From the sequence record MN894885.1: a DNA stretch of 64,000 bases; one strand, 5' to 3'. Below, one piece after another: positions 19,523 through 26,728 of this stretch. The translations under genes and the position numbers were made by a program. The notes beneath the pieces are model-generated. The model was not told the origin of the DNA. It worked only from the letters and a program-made list of their open reading frames with translations, and searched no databases. Source of the stretch: Escherichia phage Ec_Makalu_001. Numbering within the stretch: position 1 is the first letter of the stretch; every line of letters starts with the position of its first letter.

Positions 19523-20041
19523 TTAGTTATTTTTTAATTGCTCATCTTGCAATAGGGCAATCACATGCTGGCGATGTTCTTCCGATTGAGGAACACCGAA
19601 AAAGTTTGTTTTGTAGAAATACTCTAATCGGTCTTCTCGTGTGCTCTCTTCCATCATGATCGCGGGTAGTCCGAGATTTCGGAAACGTCGCTTTTCTGCT
19701 GGCGTAAAATCACTGTAATACAACATAGAATCATCATTACCAGCAATGCTAAACTCATCCTTCATAAAGGAGAATATTGCGTTTAAACGCTGTTTACCGT
19801 CCACGATTTCGATCTCATAGCGAGAGCCATCATCAATCTTAGCCATTGCGATAGCACCAACCGGAAAATCATTAATCAGGTTTTCGATAAACATACGTTT
19901 GTTTTCGGTGTCCCATACCAAAGGACGCTGATAATCTGGGTTCATGTTGATATAGCCATCTTCTAACCACGCCTCATAAACAGAGATGACAAAGTTTTTA
20001 GTATTGGTATAGTAACGGCGTTTAGGCGTTAAACGGTTCAT
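19523..20041 (-). CDS. DUF262 / ParB-like nuclease-domain protein
   Basis: About 172 aa from the internal ATG at 20041 (GGAG RBS; the longer track ORF to 20077 would overlap the upstream gene); motifs DYQRPLVWD and VDGKQRL match the DGQQR signature of the DUF262 ParB/Srx-fold domain; last gene of a coupled 5-gene operon. Confidence 0.5.
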   Translation of the reverse strand: MNRLTPKRRYYTNTKNFVISVYEAWLEDGYINMNPDYQRPLVWDTENKRMFIENLINDFPVGAIAMAKIDDGSRYEIEIVDGKQRLNAIFSFMKDEFSIAGNDDSMLYYSDFTPAEKRRFRNLGLPAIMMEESTREDRLEYFYKTNFFGVPQSEEHRQHVIALLQDEQLKNN

Positions 20042-20042
20042 G

Positions 20043-20375
20043 TTATAGTCTCCTGAATGGATCATCACGTAAATCAATATCTTTTAAGAACTCATCCCAT
20101 GAATGGCGGATATTGTTCTTAATTCTCCAGATAAGCGCAGGGATTGAACGCTCTCCCATCTGGAAGTAAGGATCATATGATCCATATGCCCAATATGCTA
20201 CTACAATTCCACAATCGGCGCAATAATATTCTATTTCACTTGCTGGCGACCAAAGTCCATCAATATGATCACGGATCTTGCTTTCGATGTTATGGCTATG
20301 GCAATCAGGGCAACGGATGCAATGACCTTGTTTATCGTAATTTGACGTTAGCGAATACTTAAACAATCTCATCAT
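20043..20375 (-). CDS. Zinc-ribbon protein
   Basis: 110 aa; CIRCPDCHSH and YYCADCG Cys clusters; ATGA overlap with upstream gene. Confidence 0.45.
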   Translation of the reverse strand: MMRLFKYSLTSNYDKQGHCIRCPDCHSHNIESKIRDHIDGLWSPASEIEYYCADCGIVVAYWAYGSYDPYFQMGERSIPALIWRIKNNIRHSWDEFLKDIDLRDDPFRRL

Positions 20376-21088
20376 AGATCCTTATTGGCTTCAAATACTG
20401 CCTTTGCGAATCCTCGCGGGGTAAGTGACCTGATAGTCTTTGTTCTGGTTCCTTTCCCGCCTAGCTTAGAATGCTGTTTACTGTACCCTTTATTAATCTG
20501 CAACGGTTTCTTTTCTGGCATTATAAAGCCTTGTCCGGTCCATAAGCAAGTCTTTTTCGGGTACATATCACGGGCGGCAATATACTCAGGAAACGTAGGA
20601 TGCTTATCATCTTCCGGCAAATAACCGCCATATTCCCACGGATGGAACATGTAATCAGGCTTACGCCACATGCTAGAGATAACGCTTACAGGATTCTCTA
20701 TCATGTAGGGAACTCCTAGCCATTCACCCAAATAAGCGGTTATTTTAGCTGCCCTTACATCATGAACTTGAATTAATGGTCCTTGTTCTCGTTTCTTTCG
20801 TTCAAAGTGCGCAGCGCCACTAACAGCTAAATTGGTGCATGGTGGGAATGCAAAGATAATATCCGGTTTCCCCCATTCAAGGTCCATTGCTCTTTCCAGC
20901 CAATTTAAATCAATCCATGTGTTTACATATGTAATGTTTGGATGTTCAAATCGGGTATTATATTTTTTGTATGTACCGTGGTCGCCATCGTCAGCATTAA
21001 AGCAGATCACCTTATGACCTGCTTTAGCCCATTCTAACCCCATTATCCCCGATCCGTCAAAGTTGCAGAATATTAATTTTTGTTTCAT
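20372..21088 (-). CDS. C5-cytosine methyltransferase-like protein (compact; PPC catalytic motif)
   Basis: 238 aa; motif I-like FCNFDGSGIMG (FxGxG), motif IV-like FAFPPCT (PC catalytic Cys), motif VI-like IENPV (ENV); no obvious target-recognition domain. Confidence 0.4.
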   Translation of the reverse strand: MKQKLIFCNFDGSGIMGLEWAKAGHKVICFNADDGDHGTYKKYNTRFEHPNITYVNTWIDLNWLERAMDLEWGKPDIIFAFPPCTNLAVSGAAHFERKKREQGPLIQVHDVRAAKITAYLGEWLGVPYMIENPVSVISSMWRKPDYMFHPWEYGGYLPEDDKHPTFPEYIAARDMYPKKTCLWTGQGFIMPEKKPLQINKGYSKQHSKLGGKGTRTKTIRSLTPRGFAKAVFEANKDL

Positions 21089-21330
21089 ATACGCCCCTTT
21101 AACCCAACACAGATTTTAGAAGGTTCTTTGCCGTGCCACATTAAGTAAATTCCGTTAATGCGTCCTTGTTTTGTATATGATTCTTTTCTGATCTTCTTAT
21201 AGTGTCGTGCTTCCTCAGCCGATTGTTTAGAATGTCGATCATAAAGGAAGAGGAACAAAGGCCAACCATTAGCGGCCTTAATGCAGTTATTCAAAAATTC
21301 CTTATTTCGTTTAATTAATTTTCTTTTCAC
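21085..21330 (-). CDS. Hypothetical protein (81 aa)
   Basis: ORF translationally coupled on both sides (ATGA overlaps). Confidence 0.4.
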   Translation of the reverse strand: MKRKLIKRNKEFLNNCIKAANGWPLFLFLYDRHSKQSAEEARHYKKIRKESYTKQGRINGIYLMWHGKEPSKICVGLKGRI

Positions 21331-21578
21331 GCTGCCCCCATTGGTTTGATAGTAACAGAATCTAAAAGACCTTTGTTAGCCAGTTCGCGGCAAGTTTTCA
21401 GATCCGCAACTTCCCAGCCAGCCGCAATAAGGTTATCAATGAGGCTGTTAGCAACTTCTTCGCTCATGAAAGAGCACTGTTTGCCGATGGTGTAGCGTAC
21501 ACGCTGTAATTTCAGTTTACGGAAGCCTTTAACGTTCAGGTCTTTAGCGATTTTCTTTGCGGTTTCGATGTTAGCCAT
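21327..21578 (-). CDS. Hypothetical protein (83 aa), first gene of the operon
   Basis: ORF with GGAGAATCAAAC leader and cassette promoter upstream. Confidence 0.45.
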   Translation of the reverse strand: MANIETAKKIAKDLNVKGFRKLKLQRVRYTIGKQCSFMSEEVANSLIDNLIAAGWEVADLKTCRELANKGLLDSVTIKPMGAA

Positions 21579-21618
21579 TGTTTGATTCTCCTAAGTGGTA
21601 TCTCGTCTTGATGGTTGT

Positions 21619-21647
21619 ATTGTAGGGGAGTTATCCTCCCCTGTCAA
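21619..21647 (-). promoter_or_regulatory. Sigma70-like early promoter with palindromic spacer (operon 21578->19523)
   Basis: Minus strand: TTGACA, spacer GGGGAGGATAACTCCCC (17 bp), TACAAT. Confidence 0.5.
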
Positions 21648-21661
21648 CACTTTTTATAAAA

Positions 21662-21829
21662 TTATTTGTTAATTTCTGGTGCGTTGCTAGGATAGTAACC
21701 TTCTTTAACTCCGAGGTATTTCGCAACCATCCCTACAATCTTCTGTGCTACTACAATGTCAAATTTCAGATAATCTTCGCCGTGGGTTTCAATGATATAT
21801 GCTTCACATGCTGCTTTAGTCTCGAACAT
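21662..21829 (-). CDS. Small protein (55 aa), paralogue of 24945..25112; not in supplied ORF track
   Basis: Own translation MFETKAACEAYIIETHGEDYLKFDIVVAQK...; nucleotide sequence ~85% identical to the 24945-25112 copy; cassette promoter upstream. Confidence 0.5.
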   Translation of the reverse strand: MFETKAACEAYIIETHGEDYLKFDIVVAQKIVGMVAKYLGVKEGYYPSNAPEINK

Positions 21830-21862
21830 TTTGATTCTCCTATTTCGTTTCGGTATGTGTGT

Positions 21863-21891
21863 ATTATAGGGGATCTCCCGATCCCCGTCAA
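21863..21891 (-). promoter_or_regulatory. Sigma70-like early promoter with palindromic GATC-containing spacer
   Basis: Minus strand: TTGACG, spacer GGGATCGGGAGATCCCC, TATAAT. Confidence 0.55.
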
Positions 21892-21905
21892 CAACTTTTT
21901 TAAAA

Positions 21906-22187
21906 TTATTCGTGATTAGTTTCGATATTGTGCATTTTGCACCAGTTCAGCCAATCGCCAAGATCTTGATAGTTGATGCTTTTATCTGCTGCCATCGTTT
22001 TTGTCTTGATACCCATATGTGCGTTATGAGTAAGCATTTTTACAGTGAACTCAATTTTATCGCCTTTAGCTTTAACATCAACCAGTTTGGTCCACTGGCT
22101 ACCAGCACCGCGAATGTTCATACCAACGATGTTTCCGATGTATGCTTCTTTGTTGTTCAGGATTTCGGTTGCTTTGATGAATTTCAT
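21906..22187 (-). CDS. Hypothetical protein (93 aa)
   Basis: ORF with cassette promoter and leader. Confidence 0.45.
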   Translation of the reverse strand: MKFIKATEILNNKEAYIGNIVGMNIRGAGSQWTKLVDVKAKGDKIEFTVKMLTHNAHMGIKTKTMAADKSINYQDLGDWLNWCKMHNIETNHE

Positions 22188-22220
22188 TTTTGATTCTCCA
22201 GTTCGTTTCGGTATGGGTGT

Positions 22221-22249
22221 ATTATGCTATGTTCTTACTTTGGTGTCAA
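22221..22249 (-). promoter_or_regulatory. Sigma70-like early promoter (cassette)
   Basis: Minus strand: TTGACA, 17 bp, CATAAT. Confidence 0.5.
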
Positions 22250-22257
22250 CAACTTTT

Positions 22258-22527
22258 TTAGATATTTTCAGAAATAAATTTTAAAACTTGACGTAAATGT
22301 TTCTCATCTTTGATAGTCGCCGGAAGTTCTTCTTTTACTTCCTGTGCAAGATAGATATTTCCGTTCCAAGTGAAAGACCCGTCTTCGTTTACGCGATAGC
22401 TGAACATCCATTCGCAATCATTTTCGATTTCATATACACACAGAAGGGTGTAATCTTCAAAGCTATTGATTTCAAGGTCGAAGCCGTGGCGTTTTGCAAA
22501 GTTGGTAGTGGTTTTAGTCAGTGCCAT
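22258..22527 (-). CDS. Hypothetical protein (89 aa)
   Basis: ORF with cassette promoter and leader. Confidence 0.45.
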   Translation of the reverse strand: MALTKTTTNFAKRHGFDLEINSFEDYTLLCVYEIENDCEWMFSYRVNEDGSFTWNGNIYLAQEVKEELPATIKDEKHLRQVLKFISENI

Positions 22528-22567
22528 TGTTTGATTCTCCTAAGTGGTATCTCGTTTCGATGGGTGT

Positions 22568-22596
22568 ATTATGCTATAGGCGTGATCAGGTGTCAA
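22568..22596 (-). promoter_or_regulatory. Sigma70-like early promoter (cassette)
   Basis: Minus strand: TTGACA, 17 bp, CATAAT. Confidence 0.5.
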
Positions 22597-22621
22597 TGCC
22601 TTTTTTAAAATTTTATGCAAT

Positions 22622-22645
22622 AAAAAAGCCGACACTAAGGTCGGC
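22622..22645 (-). terminator. Rho-independent terminator (minus strand)
   Basis: Hairpin gccgacc-ttagt-gtcggc followed by UUUUUU on the minus strand. Confidence 0.55.
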
Positions 22646-22653
22646 TAATAAAA

Positions 22654-22962
22654 TCATTTAGGCAAATAATCATTCAGTGCAATCCGGTCGGCATGTTCCG
22701 GCGTTACATCAATCGCAATCACTTTAACGCGTGCTTTCTTGCGACCTGGGTTTTCTCGTAACCAGTGCTCATGACCGTGAACATTTTTATACTGCGATGC
22801 TTCTTCGAAGGTACGGATCGGACCAGGGTAATCAGCGTAAAGGATCTCTAGGTCATCGGTGATGTAAAAATATACGTTGTAATTACTGTTCTCTAGCTTA
22901 AGCAGAGACTTTCGGAACATTGGGAGATTTTCGCGGGTAAATTCAAAAGTAATATCTTTCAT
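22654..22962 (-). CDS. Paralogue family A member 1 (HxHW...AIDV motif protein)
   Basis: About 102 aa from the internal ATG at 22962 (GAGGA RBS); motifs YFYITDDLEILYADY, HGHEHW, KVIAIDV shared with five neighbouring ORFs. Confidence 0.5.
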   Translation of the reverse strand: MKDITFEFTRENLPMFRKSLLKLENSNYNVYFYITDDLEILYADYPGPIRTFEEASQYKNVHGHEHWLRENPGRKKARVKVIAIDVTPEHADRIALNDYLPK

Positions 22963-22986
22963 AGTATTATCCTCAATAGTTGGATG

Positions 22987-23006
22987 AAAAGGGGGCTTAA
23001 CGCCCC
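22987..23006 (-). terminator. Rho-independent terminator (minus strand), duplicate of the 18965-18985 hairpin
   Basis: Same ggggcgttaagcccc hairpin plus U-run. Confidence 0.45.
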
Positions 23007-23011
23007 ATATA

Positions 23012-23299
23012 TTAAAACAGTCCTTCCTGTACACCGTAGTAGAGTTCGTCGCTGATAATTTCATTAATGCGACGGTGTGCATATTCCTGATTTGCGAAGT
23101 TGTCAGCAAGTTCTACTTTAGTTTCACCGTCATGAGTCCATTTAGTGATAACTTTACCATCTGCAAATTTGAAGTTGAACTCTTTAGCTACTGCATCGCG
23201 TACCAGACGTGCGAACTTGTTGTTACGGATTGCATTATCGGTTTCGTGTGCAGCGTGAGCAAATTTGTTAACTTTCAGAGTGATAGTGATGTATGCCAT
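23012..23299 (-). CDS. Paralogue family B member 1
   Basis: 95 aa; region NAIRNNKFARLVRDAVAKEF shared with 26330..26641 (NAILIREVRKALAKEF). Confidence 0.45.
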   Translation of the reverse strand: MAYITITLKVNKFAHAAHETDNAIRNNKFARLVRDAVAKEFNFKFADGKVITKWTHDGETKVELADNFANQEYAHRRINEIISDELYYGVQEGLF

Positions 23300-23344
23300 A
23301 ATTTGATTCTCCTAGTTAGAAAGTGTATCTCGTTTCGATGGGTG

Positions 23345-23373
23345 TATTATGCTATACACCCGATCTTATGTCA
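23345..23373 (-). promoter_or_regulatory. Sigma70-like early promoter (cassette; palindrome GGGTGTAT/ATACACCC flanks -10)
   Basis: Minus strand: TTGACA, 17 bp, CATAAT. Confidence 0.5.
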
Positions 23374-23382
23374 ACACTTTTT

Positions 23383-23676
23383 TTATAAAATAATTTTTTG
23401 ATATTTTTCTATGATGTTTGTGTAATCCACATCAACCGCTATCACCGTTGCTTCGAATCCACCGTTTAGCCAATGGCTATGGTCATGATCGTGAAAGAAA
23501 CCAAGACCAGTACGAAGACCTTCTTTATATTCGGCGCGTACATTTAGATCATCATCGATAAACAGATAAAACCATGAATTTTTACTAGGATTGATGATAC
23601 AACCTTTCAGATTAGGGAGAATATCACGACTAAGAATAAACTTATCACCTACTTTGAACATAATATTAGTCCTCAC
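23383..23676 (-). CDS. Paralogue family A member 2
   Basis: 97 aa; FYLFIDDDLNVRAEY, HDHDHSHW, VIAVDV. Confidence 0.5.
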   Translation of the reverse strand: MRTNIMFKVGDKFILSRDILPNLKGCIINPSKNSWFYLFIDDDLNVRAEYKEGLRTGLGFFHDHDHSHWLNGGFEATVIAVDVDYTNIIEKYQKIIL

Positions 23677-23989
23677 TTATAAGGTCAAACCAATTGTTTT
23701 TCGCATAATGCTTAATGCGTGCTTGATCTGCTTCCGCTGGTGATAGATTCCATGCAACCACTACAACTTCTGACGCGTCGTCATCCGTTTCTGATACCCA
23801 ATGATTGTGATTCATACAGTTATTTGCGATCGAGTGAGCAAATGATTTCATCACTGGAGACGTATAATCATAGTAACGGATTTTCAGATTTTCATCAACA
23901 TACAAGTAGATCGTATAAGGTTTATATTCAGTAACCAGTAACAGACAGTTACGCAATTCTGGGAAAATCTTTTTAGTTAATTTCATTTT
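23666..23989 (-). CDS. Paralogue family A member 3
   Basis: About 107 aa from the internal ATG at 23989 (GAGGA RBS); YLYVDENLKIRYYDY, NHNHW, VVVVAWN. Confidence 0.45.
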   Translation of the reverse strand, partial: KMKLTKKIFPELRNCLLLVTEYKPYTIYLYVDENLKIRYYDYTSPVMKSFAHSIANNCMNHNHWVSETDDDASEVVVVAWNLSPAEADQARIKHYAKNNWFDLISED

Positions 23990-24206
23990 ATAATCCTCGG
24001 TCGCGGCTATAGTACACGGTACGCCATACAATTTCATGTTTCGTGTCGCTCCAGCACACGATCTCATTTACTCTTAAATCTTTGTTATCAACAAAAGATG
24101 AACATTGTGACGCTTCTTTCATCATTTTATCTGCTGTTTTCTCATCAAATACAGCACAGATTTCTTTATACACTCGATAATCTTTGAATTGACTCTGGAT
24201 ACCCAT
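23988..24206 (-). CDS. Paralogue family C member 2
   Basis: QSQFKDYRVYKEICAVFDEKTADKMMKEASQCSSF shared with 24166..24423; start uncertain (overlaps neighbour). Confidence 0.35.
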   Translation of the reverse strand: MGIQSQFKDYRVYKEICAVFDEKTADKMMKEASQCSSFVDNKDLRVNEIVCWSDTKHEIVWRTVYYSRDRGL

Positions 24207-24423
24207 AATTAACACCATTCCAACCAATTGTTTTTGAGAAAACGTTTATCCACTGTTGAGTGTAGCATGTTTCTTTCCATGATACAATACGAGTAGAATA
24301 ATGGTTTTTGTTTCCAGAAAAGGACGGGCATTTTGATGCATCTTCCATCATCTTTTCGGCGAACTCCGCGTCATATACCCGCAGGATCTGTTGATATGCT
24401 TTATAATCTTTAAATTTGCTCAT
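24166..24423 (-). CDS. Paralogue family C member 1
   Basis: 85 aa; SKFKDYKAYQQILRVYDAEFAEKMMEDASKCPSF. Confidence 0.4.
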   Translation of the reverse strand: MSKFKDYKAYQQILRVYDAEFAEKMMEDASKCPSFSGNKNHYSTRIVSWKETCYTQQWINVFSKTIGWNGVNYGYPESIQRLSSV

Positions 24424-24688
24424 AATTGTTAACTACCTTATCAGCTTCTTTTATTGTTTTTACATCAACTGCGATAATCCGTAAAGGTTCGTCGAAGGTC
24501 CACCAGTGGTCATGAATATCAGCTTGTGATTTATCACCAAAGGAATCACGAATATCATTTTTACATTTATAGCTAATATGGCCTTCATAGTCAACATAAA
24601 GGTAATTATCGAAAATCGGCGTTTTTAAGATCATACCGAAAAATCTTTCTTTGTGTGTCTTATCCAGTGTTGCAGTAATTCGCATCAT
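24410..24688 (-). CDS. Paralogue family A member 4
   Basis: 92 aa; YLYVDYEGHISY, HDHWW, IIAVDV. Confidence 0.5.
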   Translation of the reverse strand: MMRITATLDKTHKERFFGMILKTPIFDNYLYVDYEGHISYKCKNDIRDSFGDKSQADIHDHWWTFDEPLRIIAVDVKTIKEADKVVNNYEQI

Positions 24689-24700
24689 AATATATTCCTC

Positions 24701-24880
24701 TTAGAAAGGGATGGTCATTTCTTGAGCTTGTACATTCTCGTTAGGATTAAACTTCATCCAACCGATATTGTCTACCAGCATATGTACATTTTTATCATAT
24801 CCTACGTGAGTAGTCAACACTAAATGTGCTTTGCCTTCAACGATGATTTCCATGTACTTCTGAACTTCGATAGCTTTCAT
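24701..24880 (-). CDS. Small protein (59 aa), not in supplied ORF track
   Basis: Own translation MKAIEVQKYMEIIVEGKAHLVLTTHVGYDKNVHMLV...; GGAGAATCAAA leader and cassette promoter upstream. Confidence 0.4.
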   Translation of the reverse strand: MKAIEVQKYMEIIVEGKAHLVLTTHVGYDKNVHMLVDNIGWMKFNPNENVQAQEMTIPF

Positions 24881-24912
24881 TTTGATTCTCCGTTTGTTTT
24901 CTTGATGGGAGT

Positions 24913-24941
24913 ATCTTACTACTCCCTTTAATCATTGTCAA
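24913..24941 (-). promoter_or_regulatory. Sigma70-like early promoter (cassette; 20-bp palindrome GGGAGTAGTAAGATACTCCC spans -10)
   Basis: Minus strand: TTGACA, 17 bp, TAAGAT. Confidence 0.45.
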
Positions 24942-24944
24942 CTA

Positions 24945-25112
24945 TTATTTGTTAATTTCTGGTGCGTTGCTCGGATAGTAACCTTCTTTAACACCCAGAT
25001 ATTTTGCAACCATTCCGGTGATCTTCTGTGCTACTACGATATCGAATTTCAGGTAGTCTTCACCGTGGTTTGCTACAATGTATGCTTCGCATTCTGCTTT
25101 AGTCTCGAACAT
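24945..25112 (-). CDS. Small protein (55 aa), paralogue of 21662..21829
   Basis: Track ORF 24945..25178 trimmed to the ATG at 25112, which follows the cassette promoter and RBS; MFETKAECEAYIVANHGEDYLKFDIVVAQK... Confidence 0.5.
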   Translation of the reverse strand: MFETKAECEAYIVANHGEDYLKFDIVVAQKITGMVAKYLGVKEGYYPSNAPEINK

Positions 25113-25146
25113 TTTTGATTCTCCTATATCTCGTTGGTATGTGTGT

Positions 25147-25175
25147 AGTATAGGGGATCTGCGATCCCCTGTCAA
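25147..25175 (-). promoter_or_regulatory. Sigma70-like early promoter with palindromic GATC-containing spacer
   Basis: Minus strand: TTGACA, spacer GGGGATCGCAGATCCCC, TATACT. Confidence 0.55.
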
Positions 25176-25180
25176 CAACT

Positions 25181-25474
25181 TTATAATGCTTTATACGCGT
25201 ATTTCATAAATTTGTCTGCCACTTCATTGGCATGTTCAGATTCTACGCCTGATTCGAGAACAATAGCTAGGTCGGTTTCGTCATTCCCGCCGTACCAATG
25301 ATTTGATGTTCGATTTTTTTCAATTGGAAATTGGTCACTTTTATCTGTGCGACAAAATACATCTAAATGCTCGTCGATGTAAAAGATCCAATCTTCATAA
25401 AGAATAACGGTATTAGCAAGATTTTTATTGCCTTCAACGAAAGGTTCCGCGACAAATAGCTTAGTTTGTTCCAT
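25181..25474 (-). CDS. Paralogue family A member 5
   Basis: About 97 aa from the internal ATG at 25474 (GAGGA RBS); ILYEDWIFYIDEHLDVF, SNHWYGG, AIVLESG. Confidence 0.45.
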   Translation of the reverse strand: MEQTKLFVAEPFVEGNKNLANTVILYEDWIFYIDEHLDVFCRTDKSDQFPIEKNRTSNHWYGGNDETDLAIVLESGVESEHANEVADKFMKYAYKAL

Positions 25475-25490
25475 AGTAATTTCCTCAAAA

Positions 25491-25682
25491 TTATACAGTT
25501 TCGTAAACTTCCCAATGTTCAGCGCCAACACGCTTAACGAAAAGGTTTTCTTTGATGTTATTCATAAACGTCTGGATGGATTTAATGCGGTTTGAAGGTT
25601 TCCATTCTTCGTTGGCATTGCGTCGATACATCATAACATTACCAGTTCGCTTATATTCAGCAACCATTTTAAGACCACACAT
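25491..25682 (-). CDS. Hypothetical small basic protein (63 aa)
   Basis: ORF with GAGGA RBS. Confidence 0.4.
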   Translation of the reverse strand: MCGLKMVAEYKRTGNVMMYRRNANEEWKPSNRIKSIQTFMNNIKENLFVKRVGAEHWEVYETV

Positions 25683-25739
25683 AATATTATCCTCAATTTG
25701 TGGGAGAGTATTACCCCTCCCAATGATTGTTATGTTATA

Positions 25740-26060
25740 TCACACAAAATGGCGTGTCAATGCTTCTTTTGCGGTTCCGCTAAGACTTTCAATCTCGCCT
25801 GGCATAACATCAACCGCCAGAACTTCTACAACATCTTCGGACCCTAACCAGTGAGTATGGCCTTTGTAGAACTTGATAACCAGACCACCTTCCTCGTCCC
25901 ATTTAACGCTATCGCTAGCCCACCACACATCACCGTCGATAAAGTTGATGTAAAGCACACTACGCCACATTGAATTAATTACTTTCAATACTGCGCCTTT
26001 CATCTCTTCCACGGTATGGTCTTCCATTTTGAAGACCTCACCTACCTGAACTTTTGCCAT
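25740..26060 (-). CDS. Paralogue family A member 6
   Basis: 106 aa; LYINFIDGDVWW, KGHTHW, VLAVDV. Confidence 0.5.
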   Translation of the reverse strand: MAKVQVGEVFKMEDHTVEEMKGAVLKVINSMWRSVLYINFIDGDVWWASDSVKWDEEGGLVIKFYKGHTHWLGSEDVVEVLAVDVMPGEIESLSGTAKEALTRHFV

Positions 26061-26077
26061 TTAGTCACCTCTCTTTA

Positions 26078-26257
26078 TTACATAACAATCACGCCAGCCG
26101 TTGAAAGTTGATGTTTCAACTGAGCATTTTCTGCTACCGTCAAATCAATGATTTCTTGTGACGCTGCAATCATATATCCATTGGTGATATTGTTTTGCAT
26201 CAGTTCAATGGTCTCTTCGTTGTAGCGGATTTTAGCGATGATTTCGTTGAAGTTCAT
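26078..26257 (-). CDS. Small protein (59 aa), not in supplied ORF track
   Basis: Own translation MNFNEIIAKIRYNEETIELMQNNITNGYMIAASQ...; cassette promoter and GGAGAATCAAAC leader. Confidence 0.4.
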   Translation of the reverse strand: MNFNEIIAKIRYNEETIELMQNNITNGYMIAASQEIIDLTVAENAQLKHQLSTAGVIVM

Positions 26258-26291
26258 GTTTGATTCTCCTAGTTCGTTTCGGTATGTGTGT

Positions 26292-26321
26292 ATTATAGGG
26301 GAGTTTAACCTCCCCTGTCAA
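26292..26321 (-). promoter_or_regulatory. Sigma70-like early promoter with palindromic spacer
   Basis: Minus strand: TTGACA, spacer GGGGAGGTTAAACTCCCC (18 bp), TATAAT. Confidence 0.5.
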
Positions 26322-26329
26322 CAACTTTT

Positions 26330-26641
26330 TTAAAGTTTTTCCATGATAACGGTCATAATTACATCTTCTGCGCGAGCGGTCAGATTATCAGCGTCAGTAT
26401 GTGGGCGGTTGGTTGTTACAGAGATAACACCGTTGCGCACTGGTTTGATATTGATATCAAGATGATCCGCGAAACGTTCGCCAGTTACAGAATGAATTTT
26501 GGTGTTAAATTCTTTTGCCAGTGCCTTGCGAACTTCACGAATCAGGATAGCGTTTTTCAGTTGGTTCTCCGCGCTCATGGTCTTCTGAGTGTTCATGGTT
26601 CCGTCGAAGTCAATCATTGGCAGCGTTACGATGTATTTCAT
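26330..26641 (-). CDS. Paralogue family B member 2
   Basis: 103 aa; shares NAILIREVRKALAKEFN region with 23012..23299. Confidence 0.45.
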   Translation of the reverse strand: MKYIVTLPMIDFDGTMNTQKTMSAENQLKNAILIREVRKALAKEFNTKIHSVTGERFADHLDINIKPVRNGVISVTTNRPHTDADNLTARAEDVIMTVIMEKL

Positions 26642-26686
26642 TTTTGATTCTCCGTTTAAGAAAGTGTGTTTCGTTTTGATGTGTGT

Positions 26687-26715
26687 AGTATAGGGGATAC
26701 GTGATCCCCTGTCAA
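26687..26715 (-). promoter_or_regulatory. Sigma70-like early promoter with palindromic GATC-containing spacer
   Basis: Minus strand: TTGACA, spacer GGGGATCACGTATCCCC, TATACT. Confidence 0.55.
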
Positions 26716-26728
26716 CAACTTTTTTGAA

